Part shown: positions 62,801-64,000 of the stretch, piece by piece | Layout: every line of letters begins with the position of its first letter | How positions within the stretch are numbered: the first letter of the stretch is position 1 | Position numbers and translations under genes: made by a program | Assembly: GCA_002633005.1 (NCBI GenBank) | Contig: NMRA01000324.1 | Coordinates: 441,891 to 505,890 of the forward strand | DNA: 64,000 bases | Reading direction: 5' to 3' | Origin: Phoronis australis | Taxonomy: Eukaryota; Animalia; Phoronida | The notes under the pieces: generated by a model | Database searches by the model: none | Told to the model about the DNA's origin: nothing | What the model saw: only the letters and a program-made list of their open reading frames with translations

Positions 62801-63146
62801 CCCTTACAAAAATGAACTTAAGTTTTCATCGAAAAACTTAAGTTTTTGGTCTGAAAAACTTAAGTTTTCATTCCCGAAAACTTAAGTTTTTGGCGAAAAC
62901 TTAAGTATTTTGAAGTAGTTTTCTGAAAACTTAAGTTTTGAAAACTTAAGTTCGTTCCAAAAAATTGGTTCCAAAATACTTAAGTTTTTGGAAAACTTAA
63001 GTTTCAGAAACTTAAGTTTTTGAAAAACTTAAGTTTTGAAACAAGTTTTTAGTAACAAACATAAGTCATCAAAACTTAAGTTTTTGAAAACTAAGTTTTC
63101 CAAACATAAGTTTTCAAGGAACTAACTTTTGAAAACTGAAGTTTTC
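62801..63146. repeat. Array of the palindrome AAAACTTAAGTTTT, probably the subterminal region of a CMC/EnSpm-like element starting CCCTTACAAAAA
   Basis: About 15-20 copies with short variable spacers, decaying rightwards; partner end not in the window. Confidence 0.7.
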
Positions 63147-64000
63147 TAAAAGAAATTAGTTTCAATAGGACAGACATTCAAAAATTTCGACTTTCACTAA
63201 AACAAGAGTGGAGTACAGTAACAAATTTAATGATTCTCATCAAGATTTAACAAACTAGACTTCTATTAACATTTCATTAACAGTGATTAGTTGCAGAAAA
63301 TAAAATGCACTTCCTAAAATACACTAGTTCCTTAAAATAAGTGAACAAAAGTGAAATATCAAAATCTTAACAACCAAAAACATTTCAAAAATCAGTTCAT
63401 CAAGTGTCATGCCTACAATGCAGTGAAAACTAAATGAGGCTAATAATATATTCATTATTTGCATCGTTCTCAGTCTATGACACTTATGCAAATCACACAC
63501 CACACAAAAAACTTCGCATATCAATACAGTATCAGGATAATTTATATTTGACACAAATATGTGAGTAATTATATTTATTTGGCAATAAAGTGCTCTCTGC
63601 TTCTCGTGATCAAGTAGTCGAGGGATTGACGATGAAAGCCGCGCGAAATTAGACTTTAGGATGTAGCTCGGGAGCGTCCGTCAAAAACCCAGATGTGCGA
63701 ATACCGTCTGCCATGACATCACGGAATCACTTCCTTGAATTTGTGATGTTGGAATTCTTTTGGCATTTTTGTCGCCAAATGCTCACTCGAAGGCAATTTG
63801 AAGAGATCGAATGAAAGAAAGTATTCTAAGAGTTGTCCGATTCTAGTTTCGTGGAGATCCATGCACATTTGAGTAGAAAATTCTGAGCAAACAGATTTCG
63901 AGTGTCCAATCTTTATGTTTTCTGATATATATTTTTGAGTGACGTCATTTGCGATAAACCCAAGCGCCTGTGATATACAGAAGACGTTCCGAGAGTGTCT

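Noticed and set aside
62801-63146. CRISPR-like array
   Set aside because: The repeat is only 14 bp, spacers are very short and irregular, there are no cas genes and the context is eukaryotic.

Overview
AT-rich eukaryotic DNA with GT-AG introns and two N gaps. The repeat content resembles a marine invertebrate, possibly a mollusc (inference). The window is mostly nested transposable elements, with no prokaryotic genes, RNA genes or CRISPR arrays. Resolved layers: (1) two copies of a TA-flanked TIR DNA element (<1-4085 and 58688-62419); (2) a Gypsy gag-PR-RT relic split exactly at a TTAA by a 5.6-kb GAG..CTC (Sola3-like) element; (3) Helentron-associated (HINE-type) repeat elements; (4) a decayed L1/Tx1 LINE whose ORF1 is split by a younger antisense LINE with a 13-bp TSD; (5) one host-like WSC-domain exon; (6) a complete 12.9-kb PIF/Harbinger transposon (46-bp TIRs, CTG TSD) with a dead transposase but a fully open six-exon Myb/SANT gene that the ORF track misses; (7) a foldback MITE holding a THAP-bearing Kolobok-like insert; (8) an RT-less unit of SGNH hydrolase plus DIRS/Ngaro-type tyrosine recombinase between direct repeats. 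The last item is the most unusual structure seen. All family assignments come from motif recognition by eye, without database searches.
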